Part shown: piece after piece, positions 43,028-59,510 of the stretch | Position numbering within the stretch: position 1 is the stretch's first letter | Layout of the letters: each line of letters opens with the position of its first letter | Assembly: GCA_964016885.1 (NCBI GenBank) | Contig: OZ024741.1 | Location: 83,576,001-83,640,000, forward strand | Direction of reading: 5' to 3' | From: Eledone cirrhosa | Taxonomy: Eukaryota | DNA: 64,000 nt | The notes under the pieces: model-generated | The model's database searches: none | What the model saw: only the letters and a program-made list of their open reading frames with translations | What the model was told of the DNA's origin: nothing | Position numbers and translations under genes: made by a program

Positions 43028-43615
43028 AAGGCGGGTAAAATTCCCGAGATCCATGGACGAGATCTCTCCAGCGGTGTCTGTCCCTCATTATCGCTGCCAT
43101 ATCCTGCATCTCCAACAGACCAGTTTCTGTCCTTAGGGCATCTACATATGTTAACCTTGGTCTTCCTCTTCTAGTGTGTCCATGTAGGGGCTCCCAAAGC
43201 AGAACAGAGTTCAATGTCAACCCTGGATGTCGGTGAGCATGTCCAGCCAACCTCAGTCACCTCTGTTTCACTTTTGAGCTGACTTTTGGGATGCTCCCAT
43301 ACAGCTCTGAGTTTTTCATCCTCAGTGTATACTGATTAATGTTCAGAGCCATCCTCAGCATTCTCGTGTAGCACCCATCCACCATCTGAGTGAGTCTCTT
43401 GGTCAGTGTCCAAGTTTCAGACCCATACAGCAGCACAGACTCCACTACAGCAATGAAGAGGCGGATTTTCATGTCTCTACGAAGGTCCGACTTCCACACC
43501 GATCTCAAGCTGTGACACGCCGACCAGGCCTTGCTCTTCCTCTCAACCACATCATCTTCCGTATTCCCAATCTTTGCTCCCAAATACAGGAAGTCCTCAA
43601 CCAATTCCAGCGGCT
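43026..43615 (-). mobile_element. RTE-clade LINE 3' fragment
   Basis: [41 protein letters not shown]; in-frame TGA at 43257-43259; embedded in (TA)n. Confidence 0.87.
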
Positions 43616-43621
43616 ATATTG

Positions 43622-43652
<31 letters not shown>

Positions 43653-43669
43653 TGTATATATATATATAT

Positions 43670-43796
<127 letters not shown>

Positions 43797-44130
43797 ATAT
43801 ATATATATATACACAATATATATATGTATACAATATCTATATATATATATACTATATATATATATATATATATACAATATATATATATATATATACAATA
43901 TATATATATATATACAATATATATATATATATACAATATATATATATATATATACAATATATATATATATACAATATATATAAATATATATACAATATAT
44001 ATATATATATACAATATATATATATATATACAATATATATATATATATATACAATATATATATATATAGAATATATATATTCTATATATATATATATATA
44101 CATACATATATATATATATATATATACATA

Positions 44131-44800
44131 CAGACTAGCTGACACTCACTGTAAAGTGTCTAGTGAAAAGCTGAGTACATGTACATATGTATACATGTGT
44201 GTATTTATATGCATACTAATACTTCCGTATACATATGTAGATGTACACTTTAACTTAATTGTTTAAGCGTCAGTCATACAAAAGTGAGTTAGAAGCGAAA
44301 CGAAATTTAATTTCGTTTCGTTATTTGTTTTTATCGTTTCCGCTGAACCGGTGCGTACAATGACTCACGTTCTATGCAAGTTAGTCTACCCACTACTAAT
44401 TTTCATAGAAAAAGCATATAACGATATGTGCTTTTACAATTCTCCAGAGAAGCCGGAAGATGGGTAAATATTGCTGATGAGATGTAATAACATCGAAACT
44501 AGTCCAATATTCCTGTCTGGCCCTCTGGAGAATAGAGGAAATGTGTTTCCTTGAAAACCCGTATGACTCTAAAACCCGGTCCGTCTGTGTGGTTACATAC
44601 AGACTAGCTGACACTCACTGTAAAGTGTCTAGTGAAAAGCTGAGTACATGTACATATGTATACATGTGTGTATTTATATGCATAATAATACTGCCGTATA
44701 CATATGTAGATGTACACTTTAACTTAATTGTTTAAGCGTCAGTCATACAAAAGTGAGTTAGAAGCGAAACGAAATTTAATTTCGTTTCGTTATTTGTTTT
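44131..44800 (+). mobile_element. Duplicate of the 469 nt retrozyme-like element; HHR at 44467-44511
   Basis: Near-identical to 38001-38670. Confidence 0.82.
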
Positions 44801-44852
<52 letters not shown>

Positions 44853-45138
44853 CAATATATATATATACATATATATACATATTTATACAATATATATATA
44901 TATACAATATATATATATATATATATACATATATACAATATATATATATATATATATACAATATATATATATATATATACAATATATATATACAGGAGCT
45001 TCAGAAGATTTCATCTGAACGAAACAGTACTAGTCCTGTAGAAGCTCCTTCTATAAAATAAAAAAAAAAAAATGTTACTCTGCCATGTATTGAGTACCTT
45101 ACTTACTGTGGTTATCCCCGACTCAACCGGGGACCTAC

Positions 45139-45181
<43 letters not shown>

Positions 45182-45245
45182 ATATATATACAATATACAT
45201 ATATATATATATATACAATATATATATATATAAATATATATATAC

Positions 45246-45291
<46 letters not shown>

Positions 45292-45352
45292 ATATATATA
45301 TATATATACAATATATATATATATATATAGATATATACAATATATATATATA

Positions 45353-45411
<59 letters not shown>

Positions 45412-45482
45412 ATATATATATATACTATATATATATATATACTATATATATATATATACTATATATAAATATATATATGATA

Positions 45483-45513
<31 letters not shown>

Positions 45514-45540
45514 CTATATATATATATATTTATATATATA

Positions 45541-45647
<107 letters not shown>

Positions 45648-45759
45648 ACTATATATATATATATATATATATATTGTATATATATATATATATATCGTAT
45701 ATATATATATAATATATATATATATATATACGATATATATATATATATATATATACAAT

Positions 45760-45799
<40 letters not shown>

Positions 45800-46420
45800 T
45801 ATATATATATATACAATATATATATATATATATATATACAATATCTATATATATATATACAATATATATATATATATACATTATATATATATACAATATA
45901 TATATATATATACAATATATATATATATACAATATATATATATATATACAATATATATATATATATATATACAATATATATATATATATACAATATATAT
46001 ATATATATATACAATATATATATATATATATATATACAATATATATATATATATATACAATATATATATAAATATATACAATATATATATATATACAATA
46101 TATATATATATATACAATATATATATATATACAATATATATATATATACAATATATATATATATATACAATATATATATATAATGTATATATATATATAT
46201 ATTGTATATATATATATATATTGTATATATATATATATATATATATACAATATATATATATATATACAATATATATATATATACAATATATATATATATA
46301 TACAATATATATATATATACAATATATATATATATACAATATATATATATACAATATATATATATATACAATATATATATATATACAATATATATATATA
46401 TATACACAATATATATATAT

Positions 46421-46518
<98 letters not shown>

Positions 46519-46582
46519 TATATATATTGTATATATATATATATATATTATATATTTTAAATATATATATATATATATATTA

Positions 46583-46619
<37 letters not shown>

Positions 46620-46849
46620 ATATATATATATATATATTGTATATATATATAGTGTATATATATATATATATGTTATATAAATATATTGTATATTTATATA
46701 TATTGTATATATATATATATTGTATATATATATATATATATCGTATATATATATATATTGTATATATGTATATTGTATATATATATATATACAATATATA
46801 TATATATATATATACAATATATATATATACAATATATATATATATATAT

Positions 46850-46900
<51 letters not shown>

Positions 46901-46927
46901 TGTATATATATATATATATATACAATA

Positions 46928-46978
<51 letters not shown>

Positions 46979-46980
<2 letters not shown>

Positions 46981-47568
46981 AAGGCGGGTAAAATTCCCGA
47001 GATCCATGGACGAGTTCTCTCCAGCGGTGTCTGTCCCTCATTATCGCTGCCATATCCTGCATCTCCAACAGACCAGTTTCTGTCCTTAGGGCATCAACAT
47101 ATGTTAACCTTGGTCTTCCTCTTCTAGTGTGTCCATGTAGGGGCTCCCAAAGCAGAACAGAGTTCAATGTCAACCCTGGATGTCGGTGAGCATGTCCAGC
47201 CAACCTCAGTCACCTCTGTTTCACTTTTGAGCTGACTTTTGGGATGCTCCCATACAGCTCTGTGTTTTTCATCCTCAGTGTATACTGATTAATGTTCGGA
47301 GCCATCCTCAGCATTCTCGTGTAGCACCCATCCACCATCTGAGTGAGTCTCTTGGTCAGTGTCCAAGTTTCAGACCCATACAGCAGCACAGACTCCACTA
47401 CAGCAATGAAGAGGCGGATTTTCATGTCTCTACGAAGGTCCGACTTCCACACCGATCTCAAGCTGTGACACGCCGACCAGGCCTTGCTCTTCCTCTCAAC
47501 CACATCATCTTCTGTATTCCCAATCTTTGCTCCCAAATACAGGAAGTCCTCAACCAATTCCAGCGGCT
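46979..47568 (-). mobile_element. RTE-clade LINE 3' fragment, duplicate
   Basis: Same ends and same stop as 43026-43615, with a few substitutions. Confidence 0.87.
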
Positions 47569-47574
47569 ATATTG

Positions 47575-47705
<131 letters not shown>

Positions 47706-47724
47706 ATATTGTATATATATATAT

Positions 47725-47840
<116 letters not shown>

Positions 47841-47875
47841 TGTATATATATATATCTATATATATATATATGTAT

Positions 47876-47990
<115 letters not shown>

Positions 47991-47999
47991 ATATATACA

Positions 48000-49275
48000 T
48001 TATGAAGAGAGAAGAAACATTTAGATATAATTATTAATAAAATGTATCATACCTAAACTGCTCCTAGATTCCTCGAATACGTAGTTTCGTGGCATAAACA
48101 AAAACAATACATCATAAAGATATAGAGTCTTTGCGAGGTCTGCCGACTTATCAAGAGGATACCTCATTTTACTAGCTTCCAGAACGCGTCTACACGACGT
48201 GAGAAAGAATCCCAAAAGGCGGAGGGGGTGATAGGCACGCGATATAACGGTCGAGAAACAGAGCTAAGCCTCTTATAACCCCGAAGAAAATACCACGGAG
48301 GCGAAGGGGGTATTTATATCGAAGCCGTAGAAGAGGTGATGAAGGGGGCGAGAAGTATGAGTAATGGCGGCTTTCCAGCAGTCACCACACTTCAAAGATT
48401 ACTCGACCAGAGGGAGTTATTAATATATTTAGAAACACACAGATACATGCGGACACACACATATACATGACTGCATGCACACCCAACCGTGAGTTAATGG
48501 TGCCAACCTCACCGATGTTGCTCAATGAATGACTGGGACAGACCAATCCGGTTGAATGAGACTGAACCAGTATCAGAGTTAAAAATACATTATGAAGAGA
48601 GAAGAAACATTTAGATATAATTAGTAATAAAATGTATCATGTATATGTGTGTGTCCGTATGTATCTGTGTGTTTCTAAATATATTAATAACTCCCTCTGG
48701 TCGAGTAATCTTTGAAGTGTGGTGAATGCTGGAAAGCTGCCATTACTCATACTTCTCGCCCCCTTCACCACCTCTTCTACGGCTTCGATATAAATACCCC
48801 CTCCGCCTCCGTGGTATTTTCTTCGGGGTTATAAGAGGCTTAGCTCTGTTTCTCGACCGTTATATCGCGTGACTATCTCCCCTTCCGCCTTTTGGGATTC
48901 TTTCTCACGTCGTGTAGACGCGTTCTTGAAGCTAGTAAAATGAGGTAGCTTCTTGATAAGTCGGAAGACCTCGCAAAGACTCTATATCTTTATGATGTAT
49001 TGTTTTTGTTTATGCCACGAAACTACGTAGTCGAGGAATCTAGGAGCAGTTTAGGTATGATACATTTTATTACTAATTATATCTAAATGTTTCTTCGTTC
49101 TTCATAATGTATTTTTAACTCTGATACTGGTTCAGTCTAATTCAACCGGATTGGTCTGTCCCAGTCATTCATTGAGCAACATCGGTGAGGTTGGCACCAT
49201 TAACTCACGGTTGGGTGTGGATGCATTCATGTATATGTGTGTGTCCGCATGTATCTGTGTGTTTCTAAATATATT
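48000..49275. mobile_element. Two inverted, differently permuted 590 nt retrozyme-like monomers
   Basis: Direct repeats 48000/48590 (minus-sense copy) and 48638/49228 (plus-sense copy); U3-A8 HHRs at 48070-48159 (-) and 48948-49037 (+). Confidence 0.85.
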
Positions 49276-49343
49276 GTATATATATATATATATATATATT
49301 GTATATATATATATATATATTGTATATATATATATATATATAT

Positions 49344-49381
<38 letters not shown>

Positions 49382-49424
49382 ATATATATATATATATATT
49401 GTATATATATATATATATATATAT

Positions 49425-49492
<68 letters not shown>

Positions 49493-50251
49493 ATATATAT
49501 ATATATATTTTATATATATATTGTATATATATATATATATATATATATTTTATATATATATATATATTTTATATATATATATATTGTATATATATATATA
49601 TATATTGTATATATATATATATATATTGTATATATATATATATATATTGTATATATATATATATATATATTGTATATATATATATATATATATTGTATAT
49701 ATATATATATATGTTGTATATATATATATATATATTGTATATATATATATATATATATTGTATATATATATATATATATATATTGTATATATATATATAT
49801 ATATTGTATATATATATATATTGTATATATATATTGTATATATATATATTTATATATTGTATATATATATATATATATTGTATATATATATATATATATA
49901 TTGTATATATATATATATTGTATATATATATTGTATATATATATATATATATATTGTATATATATATATATATATATTGTATATATATATATATATTGTA
50001 TATATATATATATATATATATTGTATATATATATAGATATATATTGTATATATATATATTGTATATATATATATATATATATATTGTATATATATATATT
50101 GTATATATATTGTATATATATATATACATTGTATATATTGTATATATATTGTATATATATATAAATATTGATATATCGTATATGTATTGTATATATATAT
50201 ATATATATTGTATATATTGTATATATTGTATATATTTATATATATATATAT

Positions 50252-50299
<48 letters not shown>

Positions 50300-50352
50300 A
50301 TATAGTATATATATATATATATTGTATATAATATATATATATGTATATATTG

Positions 50353-50387
<35 letters not shown>

Positions 50388-50490
50388 TGTATTTATATAT
50401 ATAGATATATACATATTGTATATATATATATATATATTGTATATATATATTGTATATATATATATATTGTTTATATATATATATATATAG

Positions 50491-50522
<32 letters not shown>

Positions 50523-50534
50523 ATATATATATTG

Positions 50535-50590
<56 letters not shown>

Positions 50591-50718
50591 ATATATATTG
50601 TATATATGTATATATATATATATATATATATTGTATATATATATATATATATATGTATTGTATATATATATGTATTGTATATATATATATATATATGTAA
50701 TGTATATATATATATATA

Positions 50719-50795
<77 letters not shown>

Positions 50796-50800
50796 TATAT

Positions 50801-50831
<31 letters not shown>

Positions 50832-51841
50832 TGTATATATATATATATATATATATATCGTATATATATATATATATATATATATTGTATATATATATAT
50901 ATATTGTATATATATATTGTATATATATATATATATTGTATATATATATTTATATTTTATTTATATATATATATCGTATATATATATATATATTGTATAT
51001 ATATATATATATATATTGTATATATATATATATATATATATTAAGTATAGGATTATCCAAAATGCAGTGGTGGTTAATTACTACACTGGATATGGTTGAC
51101 GTACGGTAAGAGGTTACTCTACGAGTTATGGAAGAATTGTTCAAGAAACTTAGTTCCTGATCCTTCAGTATTCCGGAGTGTATATAAAGAATGAATAATA
51201 ACAGGTAGACATCATAAAAAGGTAGTTTATTCCGTGTGCTTACAAGTGTTTCCACGGTGGTACTGCAGCCTAGTTCCGCTACGTGCAAATTCACAAGTAT
51301 TTGCAGAACTCGAATATCCAATGCTGTGACCACTGTTTCCTCAGAGCAGAATGGTAAATATACAATGTAAAAACCCTTAAGTGGGGTTGTTGGGGAAGAT
51401 AGAGTGGAACAGGAAGAGAGAAAAGTAGGGAAAATGGAGAGAGAAGGAAAGATATGCAGGGGTTGGAGAAGTAGGAGAGAGTGGCTTGTAGATATCTTAA
51501 TCAAAATGTTATGGTAGGGGTTTTATTAGTTACTTTTGGAGAGATGCGTAGATAGTTGAGGTCGGAATTATTTATTGCCCCAGAGGTCAAGTTCATAGAT
51601 GTTGAGAGGGAGGTAGGTCAAAGGTGAGAGAGAGAGAGTGTAATGGATGTAGAGAGAGATATATAGGTAGAGAGGGGACAGATAAAGTATATGTGGTGAG
51701 TGAACTTTTGGTTTTGTAGTAGTAATCTAGGAATTGTACTGAGTTACCATGTATAGTGATAAGCAGTGTATTGTCTTGTAGTGAGGGGGAGAAGAGAAGG
51801 TTGTTAGCTAGAAAGTGGTGTTGTCGTTACGGGTTCGAATG

Positions 51842-52483
51842 TTAAGTTATTTTATAGTGAGAGAATTTAGCTTTTAGTTTGTGGTTGCAGTATAATGATC
51901 GTTCAATTCTATCGTTAAGTAGTTTGTTTTGGGATTTTAGTATGTAAAATAGCTCAAGGTTACATAACCTGCAGTACTTCAAACCACTCCGATATGCATT
52001 TGCGCTGGAAAGTATATCCCATTTTAAGGTGAACTGTTGGTTGTGTTCACGGAGTTGCCAGGTCTTGTTGGCGAGCGTGGTCACAAAACGGTGATTCTGA
52101 TGTTTGATTGAGAATCGATGACGGTACCAGCGAGATTTAAACGATGTGGTGGTAGATCCGATATAGTACCATTTCTGGTCGTCCGATTCAACCGTGCATT
52201 GGTAAACAATGTTGGACTTTAGGCATTCATTCTGCAATGGACATCTTTCAGGTAGATGGCAGTTACATGCTTTGTTGTGGGTAGCGGGTATACCATGGAT
52301 AGGTTGTGATAGCGGTACAGGTGGGTTGTGCAATACCCGTCTCCCATTTAGTGGTTGGGAGGCAGATATTGCGTTCTGCCCATCTGTTACTAAAATGTTT
52401 TGTTTTGTAGAGTTGTTTAATTGCCTTAAGTTAAGTTTTTTTATGTATGCTTCAAGGTTTGGTGCCGTGGAGTATGATAGTCC
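51842..52483 (-). pseudogene. PLE linker + GIY-YIG endonuclease (5'-truncated)
   Basis: LSYSTAPNL...CNCHLPERCPLQNEC..IVYQC..YIGSTTTSFKSR..CRLCNLE..LLNDRIE..CNH. Confidence 0.9.
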
Positions 52484-52720
52484 TCTGGGGCAATAAATAA
52501 TTCCGACCTCAACTATCTACGCATCTCTCCAAAAGTAACTAATAAAACCCCTACCGATAACATTTTGATTAAGATATCTACAAGCCACTCTCTCCTACTT
52601 CTCCAACCCCTGCATATCTTTCCTTCTCTCTCCATCTTCCCTACTTTTCTCTCTTCCTGTTCCACTCTATCTTCCCCAACAACCCCACTTAAGGGTTTTT
52701 ACATTGTATATTTACCATTC

Positions 52721-52832
52721 TGCTCTGAGGAAACAGTGGTCACAGCATTGGATATTCGAGTTCTGCAAATACTTGTGAATTTGCACGTAGCGGAACTAGG
52801 CTGCAGTACCACCGTGGAAACACTTGTAAGCA
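52721..52832 (+). ncRNA. Type I hammerhead ribozyme with long branched stem II
   Basis: TGCT-CTGAGGA-aACaGTGGT..(~65 nt)..ACCACcGTg-GAAA-CACTTG-TA-AGCA. Copies at 51237-51348 (-), 55379-55490 (-) and 56862-56973 (+). Confidence 0.75.
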
Positions 52833-52879
52833 CACGGAATAAACTACCTTTTTATGATGTCTACCTGTTATTATTCATT

Positions 52880-52923
<44 letters not shown>

Positions 52924-53043
52924 GTATATATATATATATATATATTGCATATATATATATATTGTATATATATATATATATTGATATATTGTATATATAT
53001 ATATATATATATAGTATATATATATATATACATATATATATCT

Positions 53044-53105
<62 letters not shown>

Positions 53106-53111
53106 ATATAT

Positions 53112-53154
<43 letters not shown>

Positions 53155-53196
53155 TGTATATATATATATATATGTATTGTATATATATATATATTG

Positions 53197-53228
<32 letters not shown>

Positions 53229-53703
53229 CGCTGTATATATATATATATATATATTGTATATATATATATATATATATATATGTTTGTATATATATATATA
53301 TATTGTATATATATATATATATTGTATATATATATATATATATTGTATATATATATATATATATTGTATATATATATATATATATATATTGTATATATAT
53401 ATATATATTGTATATATATATTTATATATATATTGTATATATATATATATATATATTGTATATATATATATATATATTGTATATATATATATATATATTG
53501 TATATATATATATATATATATATAGTGTATATATATATATATATTGTATATATATATATATATATATTGTATATATATATATATATTGTATATATATATA
53601 TATTGTATATATATATTTTATATATATATATATATTATATATATATATATATATTGTATATATATATATATATTGTATATATATATATATATTGTATATA
53701 TAT

Positions 53704-53734
<31 letters not shown>

Positions 53735-53772
53735 TGTATATATATATATATATTGTATATATATATATATAT

Positions 53773-53815
<43 letters not shown>

Positions 53816-53896
53816 TATATATGTCTAATATATTCTATATATATATATATATTGTATATATATATATATATATATTGTATATATATATATATATAT

Positions 53897-53927
<31 letters not shown>

Positions 53928-54343
53928 TGTATATATATATATATATATTGTATATATATATATATATATTTTATATATATATATATATATATTGTATATA
54001 TATATATATATATTGTATATATATATATATATATATTGTATATATATATATATATTGTATATATATATATATATAATGTATATATATATATTGTATATAT
54101 ATGTTGTATATATATATATATATATATATTGTATATATATATATATATATTGTATATATATATATATTGTTTATATATATATATATATTGTATGTATATA
54201 TATTGTATATATATTGTATATATATATACATTGTATATATTGTATATATATTGTATATAAATATTGATATATCGTATATATATTGTATATATATATATTG
54301 TATATATTGTATATATTGTATATATTTATATATATATATATTT

Positions 54344-54399
<56 letters not shown>

Positions 54400-54404
54400 A
54401 TATA

Positions 54405-54439
<35 letters not shown>

Positions 54440-54470
54440 ATATAGTATATATATATATATATTGTATATA

Positions 54471-54509
<39 letters not shown>

Positions 54510-54658
54510 ATATAGTATATATATATATATATTGTATATAGTATATATATATATTTATATATTGTATATAGTATATATATATATATATATATTGTATATA
54601 ATACATATATATATATATATTGTATATATATATATATATATATTGTATATATATATTG

Positions 54659-54727
<69 letters not shown>

Positions 54728-54728
54728 A

Positions 54729-54759
<31 letters not shown>

Positions 54760-54848
54760 TGTATATATATATATATATAGATGTATTGTATATATATATG
54801 TATTGTATATATATATATATATATGTATTGTATATATATATATATATA

Positions 54849-54923
<75 letters not shown>

Positions 54924-54955
54924 TATATATTGTATATATATATATATATATATAT

Positions 54956-54988
<33 letters not shown>

Positions 54989-55142
54989 TATATATATATA
55001 TATATATATATATTGTATATATATATATATATTGTATATATATATTGTATATATATATATATATTGTATATATATATTTATATTTTATTTATATATATAT
55101 ATCGTATATATATATATATATTGTATATATATATATATATAT

Positions 55143-55182
<40 letters not shown>

Positions 55183-55186
<4 letters not shown>

Positions 55187-57020
55187 GTATAGGATTATCC
55201 AAGATGCAGTGGTGGTTAATTACTACACTGGATATGGTTGACGTACGGTAAGAGGTTACTCTACGAGTTATGGAAGAATTGTTCAAGAAACTTAGTTCCT
55301 GATCCTTCAGTATTCCGGAGTGTATATAAAGAATGAATAATAACAGGTAGACATCATAAAAAGGTAGTTTATTCCGTGTGCTTACAAGTGTTTCCACGGT
55401 GGTACTGCAGCCTAGTTCCGCTACGTGCAAATTCACAAGTATTTGCAGAACTCGAATATCCAATGCTGTGACCACTGTTTCCTCAGAGCAGAATGGTAAA
55501 TATACAATGTAAAAACCCTTAAGTGGGGTTGTTGGGGAAGATAGAGTGGAACAGGAAGAGAGAAAAGTAGGGAAAATGGAGAGAGAAGGAAAGATATGCA
55601 GGGGTTGGAGAAGTAGGAGAGAGTGGCTTGTAGATATCTTAATCAAAATGTTATGGTAGGGGTTTTATTAGTTACTTTTGGAGAGATGCGTAGATAGTTG
55701 AGGTCGGAATTATTTATTGCCCCAGAGGTCAAGTTCATAGATGTTGAGAGGGAGGTAGGTCAAAGGTGAGAGAGAGAGAGTGTAATGGATGTAGAGAGAG
55801 ATATATAGGTAGAGAGGGGACAGATAAAGTATATGTGGTGAGTGAACTTTTGGTTTTGTAGTAGTAATCTAGGAATTGTACTGAGTTACCATGTATAGTG
55901 ATAAGCAGTGTATTGTCTTGTAGTGAGGGGGAGAAGAGAAGGTTGTTAGCTAGAAAGTGGTGTTGTAGTTACGGGTTCGAATGTTAAGTTATTTTATAGT
56001 GAGAGAATTTAGCTTTTAGTTTGTGGTTGCAGTATAATGATCGTTCAATTCTATCGTTAAGTAGTTTGTTTTTGGATTTTAGTATGTAAAATAGCTCAAG
56101 GTTACATAACCTGCAGTACTTCAAACCACTCCGATATGCATTTGCGCTGGAAAGTATATCCCATTTTAAGGTGAACTGTTGGTTGTGTTCACGGAGTTGC
56201 CAGGTCTTGTTGGCGAGCGTGGTCACAAAACGGTGATTCTGATGTTTGATTGAGAATCGATGACGGTACCAGCGAGATTTAAACGATGTGGTGGTAGATC
56301 CGATATAGTACCATTTCTGGTCGTCCGATTCAACCGTGCATTGGTAAACAATGTTGGACTTTAGGCATTCATTCTGCAATGGACATCTTTCAGGTAGATG
56401 GCAGTTACATGCTTTGTTGTGGGTAGCGGGTATACCATGGATAGGTTGTGATAGCGGTACAGGTGGGTTGTGCAATACCCGTCTCCCATTTAGTGGTTGG
56501 GAGGCAGATATTGCGTTCTGCCCATCTGTTACTAAAATGTTTTGTTTTGTAGAGTTGTTTAATTGCCTTAAGTTAAGTTTTTTTATGTATGCTTCAAGGT
56601 TTGGTGCCGTGGAGTATGATAGTCCTCTAGGGCAATAAATAATTCCGACCTCAACTATCTACGCATCTCTCCAAAAGTAACTAATAAAACCCCTACCATA
56701 ACATTTTGATTAAGATATCTACAAGCCACTCTCTCCTACTTCTCCAACCCCTGCATATCTTTCCTTCTCTCTCCATCTTCCCTACTTTTCTCTCTTCCTG
56801 TTCCACTCTATCTTCCCCAACAACCCCACTTAAGGGTTTTTACATTGTATATTTACCATTCTGCTCTGAGGAAACAGTGGTCACAGCATTGGATATTCGA
56901 GTTCTGCAAATACTTGTGAATTTGCACGTAGCGGAACTAGGCTGCAGTACCACCGTGGAAACACTTGTAAGCACACGGAATAAACTACCTTTTTATGATG
57001 TCTACCTGTTATTATTCATT

Positions 57021-57022
<2 letters not shown>
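55183..57022 (-). mobile_element. Duplicate of the PLE at 51042-52882
   Basis: Same truncation and inversion junction, offset ~4142 bp; EN ORF 55984..56475 differs by one residue. Confidence 0.9.
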
Positions 57023-57070
<48 letters not shown>

Positions 57071-57185
57071 TGTATATATATATATATATATATTGTATAT
57101 ATATATATATTGTATATATATATATATATTGTATATATATATATATATATATATAGTATATATATATATATACATATATATATCT

Positions 57186-57235
<50 letters not shown>

Positions 57236-57241
57236 ATATAT

Positions 57242-57288
<47 letters not shown>

Positions 57289-57332
57289 TGTATATATATA
57301 TATATATATGTATTGTATATATATATATATTG

Positions 57333-57364
<32 letters not shown>

Positions 57365-57876
57365 CACTGTATATATATATATATATATTGTATATATATA
57401 TATTTATATATATATATATGTTGTATATATATATATATATATTGTATATATATATATTGTATATATATATATATATATATTGTATATATATATATATATA
57501 TTGTATATATATATATATATATATTGTATATATATATATATATATATATATTGTATATATATATATATATTGTATATATATATTTATATATATATTGTAT
57601 ATATATATATATATATATATTGTATATATATATATATATATTGTATATATATATATATATATATTGTATATATATATATATATATATATAGTGTATATAT
57701 ATATATATATTGTATATATATATATATATATTTTGTATATATATATATATATTGTATATATATATATATTGTATATATATATTTATATATATATATATAT
57801 ATATATAGTATATATATATATATATTGTATATATATATATATATTGTATATATATATATATATATTGTATATATAT

Positions 57877-57907
<31 letters not shown>

Positions 57908-57945
57908 TGTATATATATATATATATTGTATATATATATATATAT

Positions 57946-57989
<44 letters not shown>

Positions 57990-58092
57990 ATATATATGTC
58001 TAATATATTGTATATATATATATATATTGTATATATATATATATTGTATATATATATATATATATATATTGTATATATATATATATATATAT

Positions 58093-58132
<40 letters not shown>

Positions 58133-58537
58133 ATATATATATATATTGTATATATATATATATATTTTATATATATATATATATATTGTATATATATATA
58201 TATATATTGTATATATATATATATATATTGTATATATATATATATATATATATTGTATATATATATATAATGTATATATATATATTGTATATATATGTTG
58301 TATATATATATATATATATATATTGTATATATATATATATATTGTATATATATATATATTGTTTATATATATATATATATTGTATGTATATATATTGTAT
58401 ATATATTGTATATATATATATACATTGTATATATTGTATATATATTGTATATAAATATTGATATATCGTATATATATTGTATATATATATATTGTATATA
58501 TTGTATATATTGTATATGTTTATATATATATATATTT

Positions 58538-58599
<62 letters not shown>

Positions 58600-58670
58600 A
58601 TATAGTATATATATATATATTTATATACATATATATTGTATATAGTATATATATATATATATTGTATATA

Positions 58671-58707
<37 letters not shown>

Positions 58708-59003
58708 ATATAGTATATATATATATATATTGTATATAGTATATATATATATTTATATATTGTATATAGTATATATATATATATATATATTGTATATAAT
58801 ACATATATATATATATATTGTATATATATATATATATATTGTATATATATATATATATATATATATTGTATATATATATTGTATGTATATATATATATAT
58901 ATATATTGTATATATATATATATTGTATGTATATATAGTATATATATATTTATATATATATACATATATATATATTGTATATATATATATATATATATTG
59001 TAG

Positions 59004-59203
59004 NNNNNNNNNNNNNNNNNNNNNNNNNNNNNNNNNNNNNNNNNNNNNNNNNNNNNNNNNNNNNNNNNNNNNNNNNNNNNNNNNNNNNNNNNNNNNNNNN
59101 NNNNNNNNNNNNNNNNNNNNNNNNNNNNNNNNNNNNNNNNNNNNNNNNNNNNNNNNNNNNNNNNNNNNNNNNNNNNNNNNNNNNNNNNNNNNNNNNNNNN
59201 NNN
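59004..59203. other. Assembly gap (200 N)
   Basis: Run of N. Confidence 1.
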
Positions 59204-59264
59204 TTTAACTCATGATAAAACAAAGTTTGAAACACTTATCCTTCAATTTGGAATAACATCAAAT

Positions 59265-59346
59265 GCTCTGTATAGTCTTAAAAGACTATTTCATGAAAAC
59301 TTTCAGTGGAGATGGTCACGGTTGGAATATCATTCATCAGCAGAGC
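59265..59346 (-). ncRNA. Type I hammerhead ribozyme with full stem III
   Basis: GCTCTG-CTGATGA-ATGA..TCAT-GAAA-TAGTCT ttta AGACTA-TA-CAGAGC; AUA site. Confidence 0.85.
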
Positions 59347-59413
59347 TCAACAGAAAATTGTATATATATATTGTATATATATATATTGTTATATATATAT
59401 TGTATATATATAT

Positions 59414-59449
<36 letters not shown>

Positions 59450-59472
59450 ATATATATATATATTGTATATAT

Positions 59473-59510
<38 letters not shown>

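Larger units (their letters stand above)
51042..52882 (-). mobile_element. 5'-truncated Hydra-type PLE with inverted pseudo-LTR
   Basis: GIY-YIG region 51842-52483 (-), 3' UTR/pLTR down to 51042; 52484-52882 is an inverted copy of ~51190-51586. Confidence 0.9.

Noticed and set aside
51110-51182. HHR-like pairing ACTC/GAGT around ATAACTCGTA on the minus strand
   Set aside because: Core (CGGAATA / ATAA) is too far from the hammerhead consensus.
50950-51504. Four-copy ORF MIKISTSHSLL...
   Set aside because: Lies in the PLE pseudo-LTR over the ribozyme, starts at TTG and ends in microsatellite; its repetition reflects the duplications.
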